A model generated the notes under the pieces. It saw nothing but the letters and a program-made list of their open reading frames with translations. It was not told the origin of the DNA and made no database searches. This document shows, in pieces, positions 1 through 14,973 of a stretch of 64,000 nucleotides of DNA. Numbering within the stretch: position 1 is the first letter of the stretch; the number at the start of each line of letters is the position of its first letter. The translations under genes and the position numbers were made by a program. Source of the DNA: Phoronis australis (Eukaryota > Animalia > Phoronida); contig NMRA01000023.1 of the NCBI GenBank assembly GCA_002633005.1, positions 608,621 through 672,620 on the forward strand, in the 5' to 3' direction.

Positions 1-2887
1 TGCGTAAGTAATCACACACTTTCTAAGCAGTTTCACTCCTCGACAAGCATTACACCATAGGAGCATACTTCTAGTACACACCATCAGTAAAGAAGGGAGT
101 ATTGCGTATGCCATTACATAATCACTAGAGGTTTGCAATCAAGACACTACATGGCGCGTGTGATTACCTGCTGCTTGACCTTCCATTAGGGTAACACAAT
201 GAATGACCCTGATTGAAGGTCAAGCAGCAGCCAAACGCAGCTCTCGATGAAGCAAAATTTGCAGAAAATCTTCTGGTGTATATGACATTATTAAGACATG
301 GGCACTGGTCAGATATAGCAGTCCTGGATTTAGAGAACCAAGCAATCACTGAATATCAGGGCCATTATTCAGTGGATGAAACCAGTTCTCTGTAAACCAG
401 GGGGCACTAGTAATGTTCGTGCTGTCATCTAACTGAGCATGTGCCAATGTGCCACTAAATTTTCTGAGTGAAGAATGACACACAATGCACTGTGTTGTAT
501 CACGAAACTTTTGGTTGCGTTGGTTTATAAAGCTTGCATAAATCGTTTACCAATGAGAAATTGGCCAAGTAGTTTGGAGTTAGGGCACTTCATTAACTCA
601 CACCCCGTCCTCGTCCACTGTTGACGTTGTGAACATGTGGATTTTTCTACAACTGCCTGGAGATCAGATTGACTAAAGCATGGCGTGCTACTGATGTGAG
701 AAAGTAAATACAGAGAGTCTGAAAGAGGACACAGCTCAAGAAAATATGAACGTCAATGAACGAAACCATGTCCAGAGATTCACGGCCAACTTGACAGCTG
801 TCGACTCGAATGAACGGCCTTGAGTTGAACTTGAATGAGGGGCCTGATCAATGAGTCGCCGAAACGCGTGTCAAGTGTACAATGGCTAAGTTATAGAAAT
901 CGGGCTGCATTTTACTCACGTTCTTTCTCATGATCATATCCGATCACAACGAAGTAGTCGGCCAAGCGAGACATTTCCCAAGCATACCAGCTATTCAGTA
1001 AACCATTTTCTCAGATGTAACTCCTGTCGCCATCTTTGATTAACAGAAATGATAAACCTGCGCATCTGTTTGCGCATGTACTGAGTCATTTGTCTCAGTA
1101 AGCAGCATCCTCTATTGATCGGAAAACAAACTAAATTTATATAATCATTTCTGTCGAGTTGGCGGTTTCCTTCCAGAGAGGGGCTAAAACACAATTTTTT
1201 TGTCAGACAACTGTGAAGTGAATTACATATTACTTATTTGATACTGAAAAAACATACAGCCCCAGAATTTATAGAAAGTGGATGACGACCTGTGATTATT
1301 CGCGTACGATATGTGCGTATTTCAGCCCATCTCCTGGACTCTAGCTGAAGCATGACGTACGGCTATCTGCTCCGGCAGGCAATTTCAGACTCAAAATTCA
1401 CTGGGATATAGAAGAAACTAATTCACTGTAGCCAACACAGTGATGTACATTACTTTGTTAGGGATGGTGTCTGAACAGGGACTATTTTCAAAGACAGTTA
1501 TGAGTCAACAACAGAGCAGGGTCAAAGGGTAAGTCACCTTCAAGCGGGAACAAGGCTAGGCACAGCTCTCACAACTGATGGCTCGGAAAGGTTCTTAGGG
1601 TTAGTTAGGCAATTGTGACTTCAAAACACATGCATTTTCTATGTGGCACAATCCTGCGCCTCATTCCAGAAAGCAAAGAAATCACTGAAACTCATGAACG
1701 AAAATGATTTTTATGAACCAAGTTTTATTGATCCATCAATAACAAGATCATACATGACTATTCCCACAAAAACAACAAAATGCTCAAAACATCTGCCTCT
1801 GTCAGTGTCCGTGAAAAAAACATGTACAAATCTGTGTCAATGCGAAACTAAAACATTCATATATGTAAGTACCTTTCAGTTATAAAGATATACATGTCAC
1901 TGCCTATATAAAAATATACTATGAACGCCTGTCATATGTCACATGGCAATACAAAAATTGAACTTGAATAATTTATTAAATACATGTCACTGTTAATAAA
2001 GAAAATATATTGATGTCTGTCACTAAGTACTTACAGCTCATACCTGTCAACAGGAAAACCAATAACATACAGTTCACAAACACTTGAATCTAGTTGGTAC
2101 AGACATGGTTACCCCGGCGATTTTCAGACTTTAGTGGAAGGTAAATATGGTCGCCATTCATGGCAAAACAATAGTGCCAATGCCATGATCGATCAATTTT
2201 CATTTTATAAAAAATTTCAAGAGTAAAATCTCACCCTTTTTCGTTTTATGCAACCGACGTTTGAGTTTTTTTCCGGTGAATTTATTGAAGGTCCATATAA
2301 TGGTTAGTTTCTCATGTCAAAGTACTAGTTGAACACTGACAATCCATAAAAGAGTGCTAGGGACGAGAGCATAAATTACAATACCTGAAAGTTTCATTTG
2401 AATCCGATCATCCACCTTCGAGATGTGATGTTTCGATCTAGTTTAGCCAAATTTATATAGCACTTTGATTAGGATTTCACATAACCTTCACTTGATGATT
2501 AAACAATGTTATTTAATATAATTTAGGTATCTATTGTTATAAAAACCGACTGGGGTTCGAACCCGAGGCTTTCTGCTAATAGAAGATTTATCGCAAAAAA
2601 TCCCGGGTTCGAACCCAGGTCGGTACAAAGATCTTTCCATTCTTAACTATAGGTCACGTGATGTGACCAACAGTGATGTGTGTAAAGACTTAATGATTTG
2701 AATTAATGTTCCTTAAATTTTGACATTTTTTCCATGTGAACGAAACTTTGCGAACTAAGACGTGTGTCAAAATGCAACTTGCTATTGGGACACAACCAAC
2801 CTTTTTTAGGTAGTTTACAGAAAGCAAGCATCGCAAGTTTTTAACCGCTGCAAAAGCGTAAACCTCCATAGAATGACTTGATAACTG

Positions 2888-4600
2888 AACGAGAGCAACG
2901 CTGGGGCGTTGGCATGCGCCCACGGTGCATTGCATGCGATATGATTGTAAGGACACTAGGAGGTGCTGAAGTGGTCGAATAAGCCCGAAAATCAAATGGT
3001 GACTGGGCAATGTCATCACATACTGCTGAGTCAAGTTTCATTGAAATCTGGCAATCGGTTCTCTAGATATAATCCGAAATCGCTCTTCCCCTGAACAACA
3101 CTTGAAATACCCCTTATCGACGAACAAAATTTTGACTACACATGGTCATGGTATATATCTATGTAAAGTTTCATTGAAATTAATCAGCCAGTTTTCCAGA
3201 CACCACTCAGAAACACTCTTCCCTAAACGACGCTTGAAAAGCTCCTAGTCACAATGTTACTGTGGTCAAATCTACCCCGAAAAGGAACGGTTAGGCGCAT
3301 TGAATCACATATATCGGTGTCAAGATTCGCTGAAACTGCTCTCCCCACAACACACGAAAACTCAGTGAGAATAAAATGGCCATTAGAAGGTGCAGCAGTA
3401 ATCGAATATGCGCAAAATATAATGGTGATGGCACATCGACATCGCATACTAACTTGCCAACTTAAAACCTATCAATCGGTTCAAAAGATATCACCCGCAA
3501 ATGTTCTTCCCCAAAGTAGCAAGCAGGAGAAAACTAAATGGTGCCGGCGCATTGACATCTTATAACTCTGAGTCTCGTTTTATCGAAATCCGTCAGTTGC
3601 CTCTCTTGATAACATCCGGAAACGCTCTTCCCCCAAGCAACACGTGAAAAGTCCTCTTAACCATAACTGAATGACTACTAGGAGGTGCTGTAATGATCAA
3701 ATCTGCCCGAAAACTTAACGATTCCACAACACTGACACCATACATCACTCCGTCAAATTGTATTGAAATCCTTCAGTCGCCGGGCTCTCTACGTGTACGC
3801 ATCATCTGGAAACGCTCTCACACATAACAGCCACTAGGAGACGCTGCACTTATGGAATCGGCCCGAAAATGATCCAATGGTAGCGTAATCTCATAATGAA
3901 TTTTTGTGTCGAGTTTCAAAATATCATCCGGAAAGGACCCCTCACCCAAGCAACACTTCAAAGCCCACGTCGAAAACAAAATGACCACTAGGAGGTACTG
4001 CAGTGGTCGAATCCGCCCCAGTTTTTTAATTTTCGGAGATTCTTTTTAAGAGGAGAATGCTAAGGATAAGGGTAAAGAAAAATTGAGAGAAACTCAGAAT
4101 ATAGCCCGTGGTAAAATTTGAAATCCCATCCAACGATAATCAAAAAATTCATTAACTCAAAAGTGCACGAGACCCATAATGTCCGACACCATCGTTTCTA
4201 CGGCCGAAAAAACACATTTCTGGAATCATGTTTGCTCATAAAATTTTCCATTTTCGCAGGAAGGTTTATCAGAAATAGTACTTTTGTGTTTATAATTAAA
4301 AAGTTCAAAAATTGCATGAATGGATACGAAACGATAATTTAGAAAACTGTAATATCGTTTTTTAGATAAATTCATCTGGAACATTTATATCAAATAAAAA
4401 TTGGTCATGTTACTTATGTNGATCCAATGGTAGCGTAATCTCATAATGAATCTTTGTGTCGAGTTTCAAAATATCATCCGGAAAGGACCCCTCACCCAAA
4501 CAACACTTCAAAGCCCACGTCGAAAACAAAATGACCACTAGGAGGTACTGCAGTGGTCGAATCCGTCCCAGTTTTTTAATTTTCGGAGATTCTTTTTAAG
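2888..4600 (+). mobile_element. Non-autonomous interspersed element with an internal array of degenerate repeats (HINE/Helentron-like architecture; family unassigned)
   Basis: Begins AACGAGAGCAACGC...GCGTTG (small hairpin). The motif (G)ACCACTAGGAGG..CTG...GGTCGAAT..GCCCGAAA recurs at ~2952, 3379, 3674, 3831, 3983 and 4533, with AAGTTTCATTGAAAT motifs between. Same start motif and unit style as 60052-61530. Right boundary approximate. Confidence 0.5.
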
Positions 4601-5015
4601 AGGAGAATGCCCGAGTTTTTTAATTTTCGGAAAGATTCTTCTTAAAAGGAGAATGCTAAGGATAAGGGTAAAGAAAAATTGAGAGAAACTCAGAATATAG
4701 CCCGTGGTAAAATTTGAAATCCCATCCAACGATAATCAAAAAATTCATTAACTCAAAAGTGCACAAGACCAATAATGTCCGACACCATCGTTTCTACGGC
4801 CGAAAAAACACATTTCTGGAATCATTTTTGCTCATAAAATTTTCCACTTTCGCAGGAAGGTTTATCAAAAATAGTACTTTTGTGTTTATAATTAAAAAGT
4901 TCAAAAATTGCATGAATGGATACGAAACGATAATTTAGAAAACTGTAATATCGTTTTTTAGATAAATTCATCTGGAACATTTATATCAAATAAAAATTGG
5001 TCATGTTACTTATGT
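3871..5015. repeat. Near-identical tandem duplication (3871-4419 / 4421-5015) joined by a single N; probably an uncollapsed allelic overlap (assembly artefact)
   Basis: Both copies start GATCCAATGGTAGCGTAATC and end CATGTTACTTATGT. They differ by a few SNPs and one extra ~47-bp internal unit in copy 2. The junction at 4420 is an N. Confidence 0.85.
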
Positions 5016-6202
5016 CATTGTTTTGTTAAGTACCTTTTTGATAAATTTTACTATAATGACACGGTTGCTCTACTCAACTGTTGGAGGATTTGAGAAGCAA
5101 AAAGTCTAAAATCAATTTATAGACTTGTGTATACTTACAGAGATAAAATTTATGTTTTGTAGATACTTGGCTAAGTGCAGACTTAGCTGGTAACATAACC
5201 TTAAATTCAAATTGGTATAAATTTTCAACATTTTTTCCCTTTCACTTTTCATGCATGCGAAGACTCTACCCCGTCCAAATTTCAATTTTCAGCGCTTGAC
5301 CGTACCTCAGTCACAGTCGAACACTCCATCTCTCACCGCAGGGGTGCAAATTACTAAAATTCTATACACCTAGTTCTTTGCAAAATCAGAAAGGGAATTT
5401 TATGTTATTTTTGAAATGTGAAGAATACCGAGTTGTGTAACAAAACATGTGGTATGTTAGTAGTGAAAATGACTACTGTGTTTATCGCAATAAACTCCGG
5501 TGATACTTTCAATCGAGGTCAACGGCTGATATCCAGATTATCTCAGGTTCAGAGTACAATTAACAGTCCGTGACAAGCCAGGTAGTATTGTGTTAGACAC
5601 AACATTTTGTCATATTTGTCACGGAATACTGTTTTGCACTACATGACGGCTTGATGGCGAGTTGCCGCTTCTTTCTATTGATGTCTGGACTTGCGGTAGT
5701 TGTATTCCCCGGTAAGTTCCACCCGTATTCCACTCACTGAAAGTTGACGAATGCGGCTGTGGAAATATGTAGATCCTGCAGGTGACCAGTTACCATTCGT
5801 GGTTGATCAGCTAGATGTGCTCCATTTGCCACACAGCCTGGTCCATTGCAAAAAATATCCGAATAATTCAGCCTACTACAATAAGGTAATTCTTAGCACG
5901 ATCGCGGAAACGAGAAACAAACCCAGTGGGAACCGACTAAATGTTGCATAATCTGAGTGAGAGCCTCGAGGACGGTAATGGCGTTCAAGGCATGTTGTTT
6001 GCCAAACTTGTCCACCCTTCTCCAACCTGGCTCCAAGATGTTTTGAGTACGAGATTGGTCAAATCTGTCCGACGGCTCTTCTTTCAACAAGACTTGTTCG
6101 TAATGCCCGCGTGCTGTGTTGTTTTTGACAAGTGAGTACCAACTTGGTGTCAAGTTTATAATTTGCAAAACTGGAGGCTGTATAGGGTTTTGCGTAAGTA
6201 AA

Positions 6203-6253
6203 GCACCCCCAATCCCCCCTCTCCCCCCAGCCCCCTATGGTGCGCCGCCCATG
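6203..6253 (-). repeat. Short C-rich interspersed repeat fragment (CATGGGCGGCGCAC family)
   Basis: Reverse complement resembles 30570-30645 (CATGGGCGGCGCACTATTGGGGGCTGG...). Confidence 0.55.
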
Positions 6254-7722
6254 AAGTTTGGCTGTCGTGAAACCAGCACCGCTCTCAGGACAAACGAGTC
6301 TTTGCGCCCAATGGTGCGCATTGCTCGAATAAAATTTACTGTAACGACTGCAACGTACATGTACACCAAGAGTTAGAATAGAACTTCTAAGGACATTTCG
6401 TCTCTTCTCATAGCCTTCGTTGAAAACACGACTAAACTTTTTGTTTGAAAGCTTGATACTGAGTCACTAGAAGTGTCGAAACAATCTCCTTTTGTCAGGT
6501 GTGCAGCTATATAGCAAAATACCGAAAGACATAACAAGCGAACAAATTATCAAACAATATAGCTATATTTCGAGTTTGCATGTCTCATCATCAGGCAATG
6601 GACATATACGTAGCGAAATAAACAGTGTATTTACACGAGAAGATGGGCATACGAGCAGAGAGTGTGAATGCAACACACGGTAGGAAGCCCACAAACCTAT
6701 CGAAACAGAGCCAGCGTGCGGTACACACCTGTGAGCTGCTCATTCAGCACAGATTTTTCGTGGCTGGTCAATAACGAAGGGGTGCTACTGAACTACACTG
6801 TTCTTACAACCTAAATACTAAATTCTTGATTTAGGCGGTTAACTCCAGGGTGTCACAATTTTCCTTGCCAGGATAGCTGCCGATTTCCACCGTGAGACTA
6901 GAATCAAGGAAGTCAACGCCTTTTGATATTTTTTCTCACCGATGCCTTGAGTAGTCTGCTTAGGGGCTGAAAATAACTTTCTTCACCGTATGAACAAACC
7001 AAAACATATTTTGCGTGATTGATAAGTCGGATTTGCGTTCCGTAATTCCGTAGACCAAATGGTTTCGTACGACAAAACCGAGAGCACGCAAAACCGCACA
7101 AAATAACGTCAGTGTAAGACGAGTGCTTCGCGAGTATTCCCGAGACTTTACTTACGTATCGTAACAAAATGGCGGTCAATAAAATGATGGGTCGGTGAGG
7201 TTGAAATGTTCAATTATTGGATAGAATGCATTGCTAATGGTTATACACCTCTCGTCTCACGTACTTTGGCTGCCACAAAGTTTTTCTATTTCTCACAAGC
7301 TAAAAATTCTAATTATCTAAAAATTCCACAGAAGCAAGTCACGTCTTTTTCTACTTTTTGTTGCTTCCTTTTGTTCTACTGGAACCTGACGGTGTTCAGA
7401 AACATTTAAACACAGTACTCAATCAGAATGAATGTATGACATTCAGAACTGTGTTTTTCCGTATTGGTTAAATTAATTTTTAAAAGAAAACAAATTTGCA
7501 AACGTGTATAATAGTTTTATGTCGTACCATCATCAAATGTTGCTGTGTATTAAAGTTCATTAAAGAAATTTGCATTTTGTAAGAGCTTTCTTGTCTCAAA
7601 GCTTGTCTTGGAAAGTCTTCTTTCCTAAACTATCGTTCAATTCATTGTCTACTAACTTACCACTGCAACACATTTCCTTTCCGTTGAAACGATTTCTTTG
7701 TAGATAGTGATGTTGAGACTAG

Positions 7723-10700
7723 TTGAAGTTTATCCGGATCAGTATCTGCTTGGTTCTAACTCCTTCTGTGATTGTGGATCAAGGTGATCCGGATCATCTT
7801 ACGTTTATATCACCATTTGTGACTTCAGTACAGAAATAACTTACACCAGAAAATTCTCGTTAATTTTCAGAATCCCCTGACCACGTATTATACAACAGTG
7901 GTTATATAACGAGTCCAAACTATCCAAGTGAGTATAATATTTATCAGTCGTGGTATTTGCAATATTATTGTGTTTGAAAACGTTGAGTGAAGAGAGTTTA
8001 CACTGGAAGTCGGCCCAGTCAATGCTCCATCTATAGGTCAACTCGTTTTCACCATTCAAGGGCTGAAGTATCAACATTTGAGGAACTTCAATATTGGAAC
8101 TTTACCAATACTTTTGAATGGAACTTGTTCAAACAAAACAACTTCTCTACCAGTTGTTTTTTTCGCCTGTCAGTTTGTAATCCAACTTGTTGTAAGCGAT
8201 CGACACTGAATGTTAATTATTTTAAAAACCATTTATCGTATTGCATTATTTAGGACCCTATGAAGATGCACCTTACAACAACTACACCTACCGGCTGTTG
8301 TCTAATAACACGGATGACGCAATGGTGCTGACGTTTAGCAGTTTTCAGCTACTTCCAACTGACTACGTCAAGGTAACGAGGCAATCTTTGATGAACCTAA
8401 ATATTCAAAGTTTACTAACTAAGCCACAAACGAATGAGTATTGTAAATAAATACTAACCAAACAGCATAAGTTCGTAGAAAAATTGCAATTTGCAGATTA
8501 TTCTACAATGATTTGCTTGTACGTTACTTTCCTTTTGTGCATTATTCATGAGCACATCTCCAATTCGGTGGCTAAAAATTTGGAAACTTCAACTGAGGTA
8601 AAGATAAGTGAATTTCAAACCATCCTTACTAATGTTGGTGGAGGATAATGGCTTGTTGTATCGTAGTTGATTCATTGGCTTGTGAATATAAAATAAATTT
8701 GAAACGGATTAACACACCCAAACGAGAGAGCGACTATTTGTGGTTCATACCAGTAATAATTATCGATGACCACCGGAAAACTAGAAGAATCTTGTATTAT
8801 TTTGGATTTTAAATTGTATTTTCTGACAAACGCTTACCTAATTAAAACAAGCAGACACTTGCCACTGACAGGCATTCATCAATTCATGTCCCAAGGTAAT
8901 GGAGCGCTCCAGGTTGTGAACATTAAAACGTGATTTTTGGACTGCTACACTGGCCTCTGGCGTATTCGTGCCTCTAATTTAGCACTGCAGCTGCGATGAC
9001 CCATGTACGAACGCGGATTTCTATAACAGTTTCTGCACAGTCGAACCGAATTACCACACACCTTGCAGGGACCTCTCACACCTCAGGCGCACACGAAAGG
9101 AAATTCACTTTATCTCAATGTTTTTTGTACTTGTTGTTTCAGATAAAGGACAACTCCAGTCGGTTATTAGCAGAGTTCCGAGGTGCCAAAGAGGACAAAT
9201 TTGGTGTCACCACAATAAAAACGACCAATTCAAAACAACTGTCACTAACAGTAAGTCAGTAGAGAAACCAATAGTTAAATATCATTAAGTGAATATAAAG
9301 GATTATTGGTTGTGTTTTGTCTAGAAAACGTGTCATTTTCTCAAAGATACAGTAACGCCCATTGGGTTAAAGATGAAACAAAAATAGGTTTCATAGCAAC
9401 ACTTTACGAACTCAAATTTAGGTATTGGTTTTAAGCACTTTCACCACAAGGTGTATAACTGGATCTAACAGAGATTTGCAAATGAAAGCCCAAACAGACC
9501 CCAAGCTTAAAAAGATAAAGGGGCTTCTTCAATAAATTGCATAAAGAAAATATGTGCAAGACATCAACATCTTGTCATTAATATCTCTAAAAGGGTTGTT
9601 GAGATATTTAAAGTTGATTACTTGCCAACAGAGTCTTCATCCTCTCACAACATTCCCTAAAAGCCCGCAGCTGCATGAGTGCTCTGCAGACGGCAATACA
9701 CTTTTCGAGAGAGTCCAAATCCTTTTTTCTGAAGGACTCTTCTAGGGACTGTTATTTGGACGCAAAGTCACTTTGATTAAATCTGAGTACCCTGGGAGCT
9801 CTTTCAGAGATCCCCGGTAAGATAGTGCACAACTTAGGACGCTTTTGTTATTGAAACGCAGTTATTTTTCAAGAATTAGTTTATCATCACGACTGTACAG
9901 TCTCATCTAGTGCCGTACACTAACCACCCACAGGTGCAGTTCGTCTTCCAAAACACGTCTCACGGACAAGCTACGGGGTTCAACGCTTCTTTCAACACAG
10001 AGACGTGGTCTGGTTTAAGTGAGTATTTTGAAGAAAGCAACACATTATCAAGGATTTGTTGACAGTAATTCGAATGCTTTTGAAAAATCTTTAGTTCTGG
10101 ACAGCATATACCCTTGAACGAGGAAACAAATGTTGGCTGTTTTCGTACATCACTTTTCATTTCCTTGCATATCAATATAAGGAAGCTCTCAATATTGTGA
10201 GCTTTTAACTTTCAGATATTTGGTTTTGTAGCAAATGTCCGATGTTCTAATTTTACTCAACTTTTGTGGTGATGTTAGACTCGTAAATTGTTGAATCAAA
10301 ATCTCACGTCAATTGTCTGATTATTACCAGTTGGTCAGACGAAATTTAACAAGGAAAAAGGTCATGTGACTTCACCTGGGTGGCCAGCCAACTTCCCACC
10401 TGTAGTGAGAACCGTGGATTACAAAATATCGGCCCCTCATACACAGGGAAAGATTAACTTAACAATCACGGTGAGTTTTACTGGAGACTGGAATTAATCG
10501 ACAGCACATATGGGCTACAAATTCATACAGTTTTCTGAAAACTGGGTCGCCTAAATGTAGGCCCACGGACTCAAATGTGCTGGATCTGAAATTTCAAAAT
10601 TATATTTTACTGGTGTGCGTGGTGTCCCAAAAAGTGCATTCGGTAGGTTTATAAAAACTAGGGTTTGTGAATGACAGGACGAGTTTATTTTTAATTTGGA

Positions 10701-13700
10701 ACATAGACAAATACTCATGCATTTTGCTTCACAACAATAAAGCATGACAACCATGACTAACTATTCGGAGGAAATTTTATTTTTTCTGACAAGCTCCACT
10801 GTCCTGCACATACATTATATATATATATCAGTATACAAGAATAAGAGAGGAATTATAGGCGACACTCGAAAAAAGTGCCGTTGCTTTAAATGTTAATCAC
10901 TTTTCATGTTATTTCAGCATTATGACTTCAAAAACACTAAAGAGAACAAGTTATTTATGAGTAAGGGGAAGAGCTACTCAACAAGCAAAGACAACAAGGA
11001 ATTGAAAGAAAGTGATAAAGGTATTTGCAATTGAGGAGAGAGGATACTGTCTAACTAGCAACATTAGATGTACTTGTGTTGTCTTTAGGAGGTGGTAATC
11101 GAATCCTTGCCTGTGAACGCACAACATTTATCGTGGAAGCTGAGCTACAGTACAACTACACGTAGGCACATTTCCCATTGGAGTTTTTTTGCTCTAAATT
11201 AAGCACGTTCGTTAGTTGCAGAGGACATATAATAGAAATACATGGTTGTGCTACGAATTTACCTCGCAAAACGTATTTTGGAAAAACAATGAACTATTTA
11301 GGTCACCTCATGAAACTGTAGATGGCCACGAACGTCTTGGCAATCGTCTTTATCGCATCTCCCGTTCATTTCAATCAAAACACGTCTCAAATCTTTCAGT
11401 TTGTACTCCTAAAACAGTGACGGATTTAGAAGGGGGCCAAGGGGCCATGCCCCCCCAAAATTCTCCCAGATTACATTTGGCAGTTCGGGGGTGCGAATGT
11501 CTGACGGGAAAATCCTGGCTAATACTCTTTCCTGGCCCCCCTAACTCAAAATCCTGGATCCGCCCCTGAAGAATACATAAAAGTCTTGTCCACTTTCTGT
11601 TTTGCTATTATTTCTCAGTCGTGCTGGAACCCTGAAAGCACACGTGTTCTCAACATTAGGTATGCGTCAACTTACAGTAGAACTTAACGGAAAGGGTCAC
11701 TCAGCCAATCTGGAGCTGAAGTAAACCAAAGGTTTATAATACCGTTTCAAACGTAAGCAAAGTCAAATGGAACCTGTCGTTTTCAGATTCATAACGAATT
11801 TTTTGAATTAATAATTCCCACGAACACGGTTCCTTGTTTATTCTCGGGATACCTTGAACGAACTATGAATTCCATGTTTATTCTAATAATCCAAGTTCAC
11901 AAACAACATTCGACACAGCTAATACTGTACCTAAAAAAATCCGCACTAGATTAGCGTGGGAATACTCTCGGTTGTCTGACACGCACAACGTTGAGAAAAT
12001 GTTCAATCTTTCATATGGAATTGAAGCTAAAATAATATGTTTATTATCTGAAATTTGTCTCAGCAATCGGATGAAATTACTTAGTGAGAATATCACTGTT
12101 TCCTAGATACGAGTGATGTTCCAAGTACCGGCAAATCGAAATTGCTCGTAAAAAGTAAAAACTTTGTCGACTGATCGTTCAAATACGGCTTGCAGTGAAG
12201 TCAGTGGTGCACGGTCAAAAGACAAATGTTGATCTCCCTTTGTTGTATACATTTGCACGATTTTATGTTCGAGAAAAATAGTTCTAACGTCTTAAAACCA
12301 CCCTCATTCGATACAATATTCGTCATTTTCCTTACATTATATGCATAAATAAGCAGAGCTTGAAAACGTTTTCGGCGCTAAATAGGACATTCCTCCTTCT
12401 AACGGAATTTTAAGGAAATGAAATTGATTTCAATAGCCTTAAACCATGCAGGCGTACAAATTAAAGATTAAATTTCTTTTCTCACTTGTGACCATTCACC
12501 ACTAACTTCATTGCGTGCTGTATTCAAACGACCAATCGGAGAATTTTAAAATTTTTAGACACTTCAAACCTCCTTGCCACTTCTATAAAACTCGTTTCCA
12601 GACAACACTTTTTAACCAGTCGTATGAATACCTTGAAATCCAGAACGATTGAACATTTTTCAAGGTGTTCCATCGAAATGAGAACCCCGGTGTAAGACAA
12701 ATGTCGCAGAATCGAAAACAGACTCCCGCATTTTCAAAACAACTAACCAGCCTGAAAAACACGAACCCCGACCTTTAAAACAGGAACCTCAGGGACTGAA
12801 ACACCACTCCCGCACTTTCTGTCAACCTCTGCTTCCAAATTTCATTTTAACAATCTATGAGAAGTTGACGTACACTTTTTTGAGGGCAAGAACGGTGAAA
12901 TTAGTGACGGTGCAGGTCTGTGAGTGAAAAATTCCCGCGAACCATTTCAAAATCCTGAAATTGATTGTGCCGGAAATAATGTACTCTCGATAAGTAAATG
13001 GACGAGCCCTAAAATGCGGCCGATTGTTAAGATATTTAAAGGAATTAATCAAAAATGGCACTCGAAAGTCGAATCTTTTTGTCTTTCATTCTGAAACTAT
13101 TGAATAATATGATGTTAATCAAATGTTCGCCGAGATAACGTGTTGAGAGTATAGATTAGGTTTAAATTCGCCCACAGACAAGTTGCACGAGTTTTACCGA
13201 TAAAAATCAAATGACAAAGTCAATATATACACAACACGTACCGAGAGTGGCGTAAATGAAGTAATATCCCAGTCGACCTTATTCCGCATATCGACCTCGA
13301 CCGAACCATTTATCCCATACGCTTCGAATTCCTAAGTTTCTTGCATTTTCTAGGCAGATTTTTTAAATACTTCACCCAGACTGTTCACATGGCGGATCAC
13401 ATCCTATGTGTATGTACTTGCGCGTTAGGTTGCAAGTTTTCTCTTGTAAAAGAAACAGTTTTAAAAGTAACGATTTATTTCTTGAAAAGAGGTAACAAAG
13501 ATGGAAACAACGGCAACTGTGCTGTGAACTTGTAACATCTCCTGGAAATAGTTAAAAAACAAAAATATTTGCTACTGTAGTTTCCGAGGAATCGGCGCCT
13601 GAGTTGCAGACTATATAGTATTCATCAATTGAAAACTGAGACATAAGTGTCATATAGTTAACAGTTTTGTTCCAGATTTTACGTTCAGGGCCTGGTTGCA

Positions 13701-14929
13701 TGTCGAGTGTTAGTTACACTGCTGCAACTGTATTACTTTAAACTATATTCGGAAACTTTGATGATCGAACCGGCTGAAGATGTCGAGTCGACATTGACCT
13801 ACTTTTTGAACTTTCTATGTCAGAGGTCACTGTTGAAGTAGTGCGGGAGGTGAATACGGAAAACTTTATTACATGGCCGTATTTGCCTCGACAGATTCAA
13901 CGCGTAAGGGATAAAATATAAGCTACGCTTCATTATTGACAATGTTTAACAAACAAATGCAGAAAACATCGGGAAAGTACTTGAAGATGATTTAACACAA
14001 AGTTTGAGGCCACTAACATCGTCTCAAAAAATTGTCCGAGTTTCCTGTCCGATCCCCGGGGTTGACGTGTTTTAAAGGTCGGGTTTCGTGTTTTTCGGGC
14101 GGGTTAGGTGCAGAAGTCTGTTCTCGACTCCGGGATATGTTTTACACCGGGATTCCAATTTTGATGGAACATCCTGTGCTCTGTGCTAAAACTCAGAGTA
14201 AAGTTTCGCCTCGGCTAGTCGCCAAAGCGAAATGTTACACGTTATTGTCAAACACACACGCTATGAAACCTTAGGTTGTGATGTATGTTATGACTATTCA
14301 TTGTAAACATAGATCATGTGCTTCAAGACTGTCATGATCATTGGTTGCGTGATAGCTCGTGCGTGAAGTTATATTACACAAATTCACGAAATTCCGAGGT
14401 CGTTCAACCCATCTCAGGAGTAGAGAAGTTGTCGTGTTTTGGGGAACTATTGATGCAAACATTGGTTAACTGTTGAAAAATACAGATTTTATCTGACCTT
14501 GTCCACATTTAAAAGCTTACAAAGCCTGTCTTTACTTAAAGTCAAGATGGATTGAATAACCGTAAAGAGCCGAGTTAACGCATACAATGTACCTAATCTT
14601 GAGACAACGTGCGATTTTACTTCTTGCTTAACTGAGAAATTTAGCCAATGCGCTAGTGGCCTTGAGGTTGGAGTCCTACATGTAGTTCGAAGTGTGGAAA
14701 CTCGACGATTTAAGACGAAATTTGAATACATTGAACGAGAAATGCGATGGAGACGGTTGCCAAGATGTCGGTGCCTATCCAAATAGCCTCGGAATTTGAC
14801 GGTATAGCCTAAGATTTCAATTGATTAGAAAATAAGAAAAAAGCGCTAAAAACATTGCAAAAGCTACCTACTATATCGTAACGGAAATAGATATATTGCG
14901 TATTGAATGGGCAAGCACACACACACACA

Positions 14930-14973
<44 letters not shown>

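Noticed and set aside
2545-2625. Two GGGTTCGAACCC B-box-like motifs suggesting tRNA genes
   Set aside because: No A box or cloverleaf; probably repeat-derived. The isolated GGTTCGAGTCC at ~36257 was rejected for the same reason.
2950-4560. Recurrent CACTAGGAGG motif resembling a CRISPR array or Shine-Dalgarno sites
   Set aside because: Eukaryotic context, degenerate repeats, irregular 150-450-bp spacing and no cas genes.
3871-5015. Two 74-aa paralogous ORFs (4118-4342, 4714-4938) suggesting a duplicated gene
   Set aside because: They lie in a near-identical duplication joined by an N, have no recognisable motifs and start at TTG; most likely an assembly artefact of repeat DNA.
5650-6200. 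Cluster of short ORFs with somewhat coding-like composition
   Set aside because: Stops in every frame examined and no recognisable motif; possibly an unassignable decayed transposon fragment.
7169-7194. AAAATGGCGG start plus GTGAG donor as first coding exon of the CUB gene
   Set aside because: Its phase-2 end does not join the downstream candidate exons without a stop. It may be a UTR exon or need a missing exon, so it is not called as CDS.
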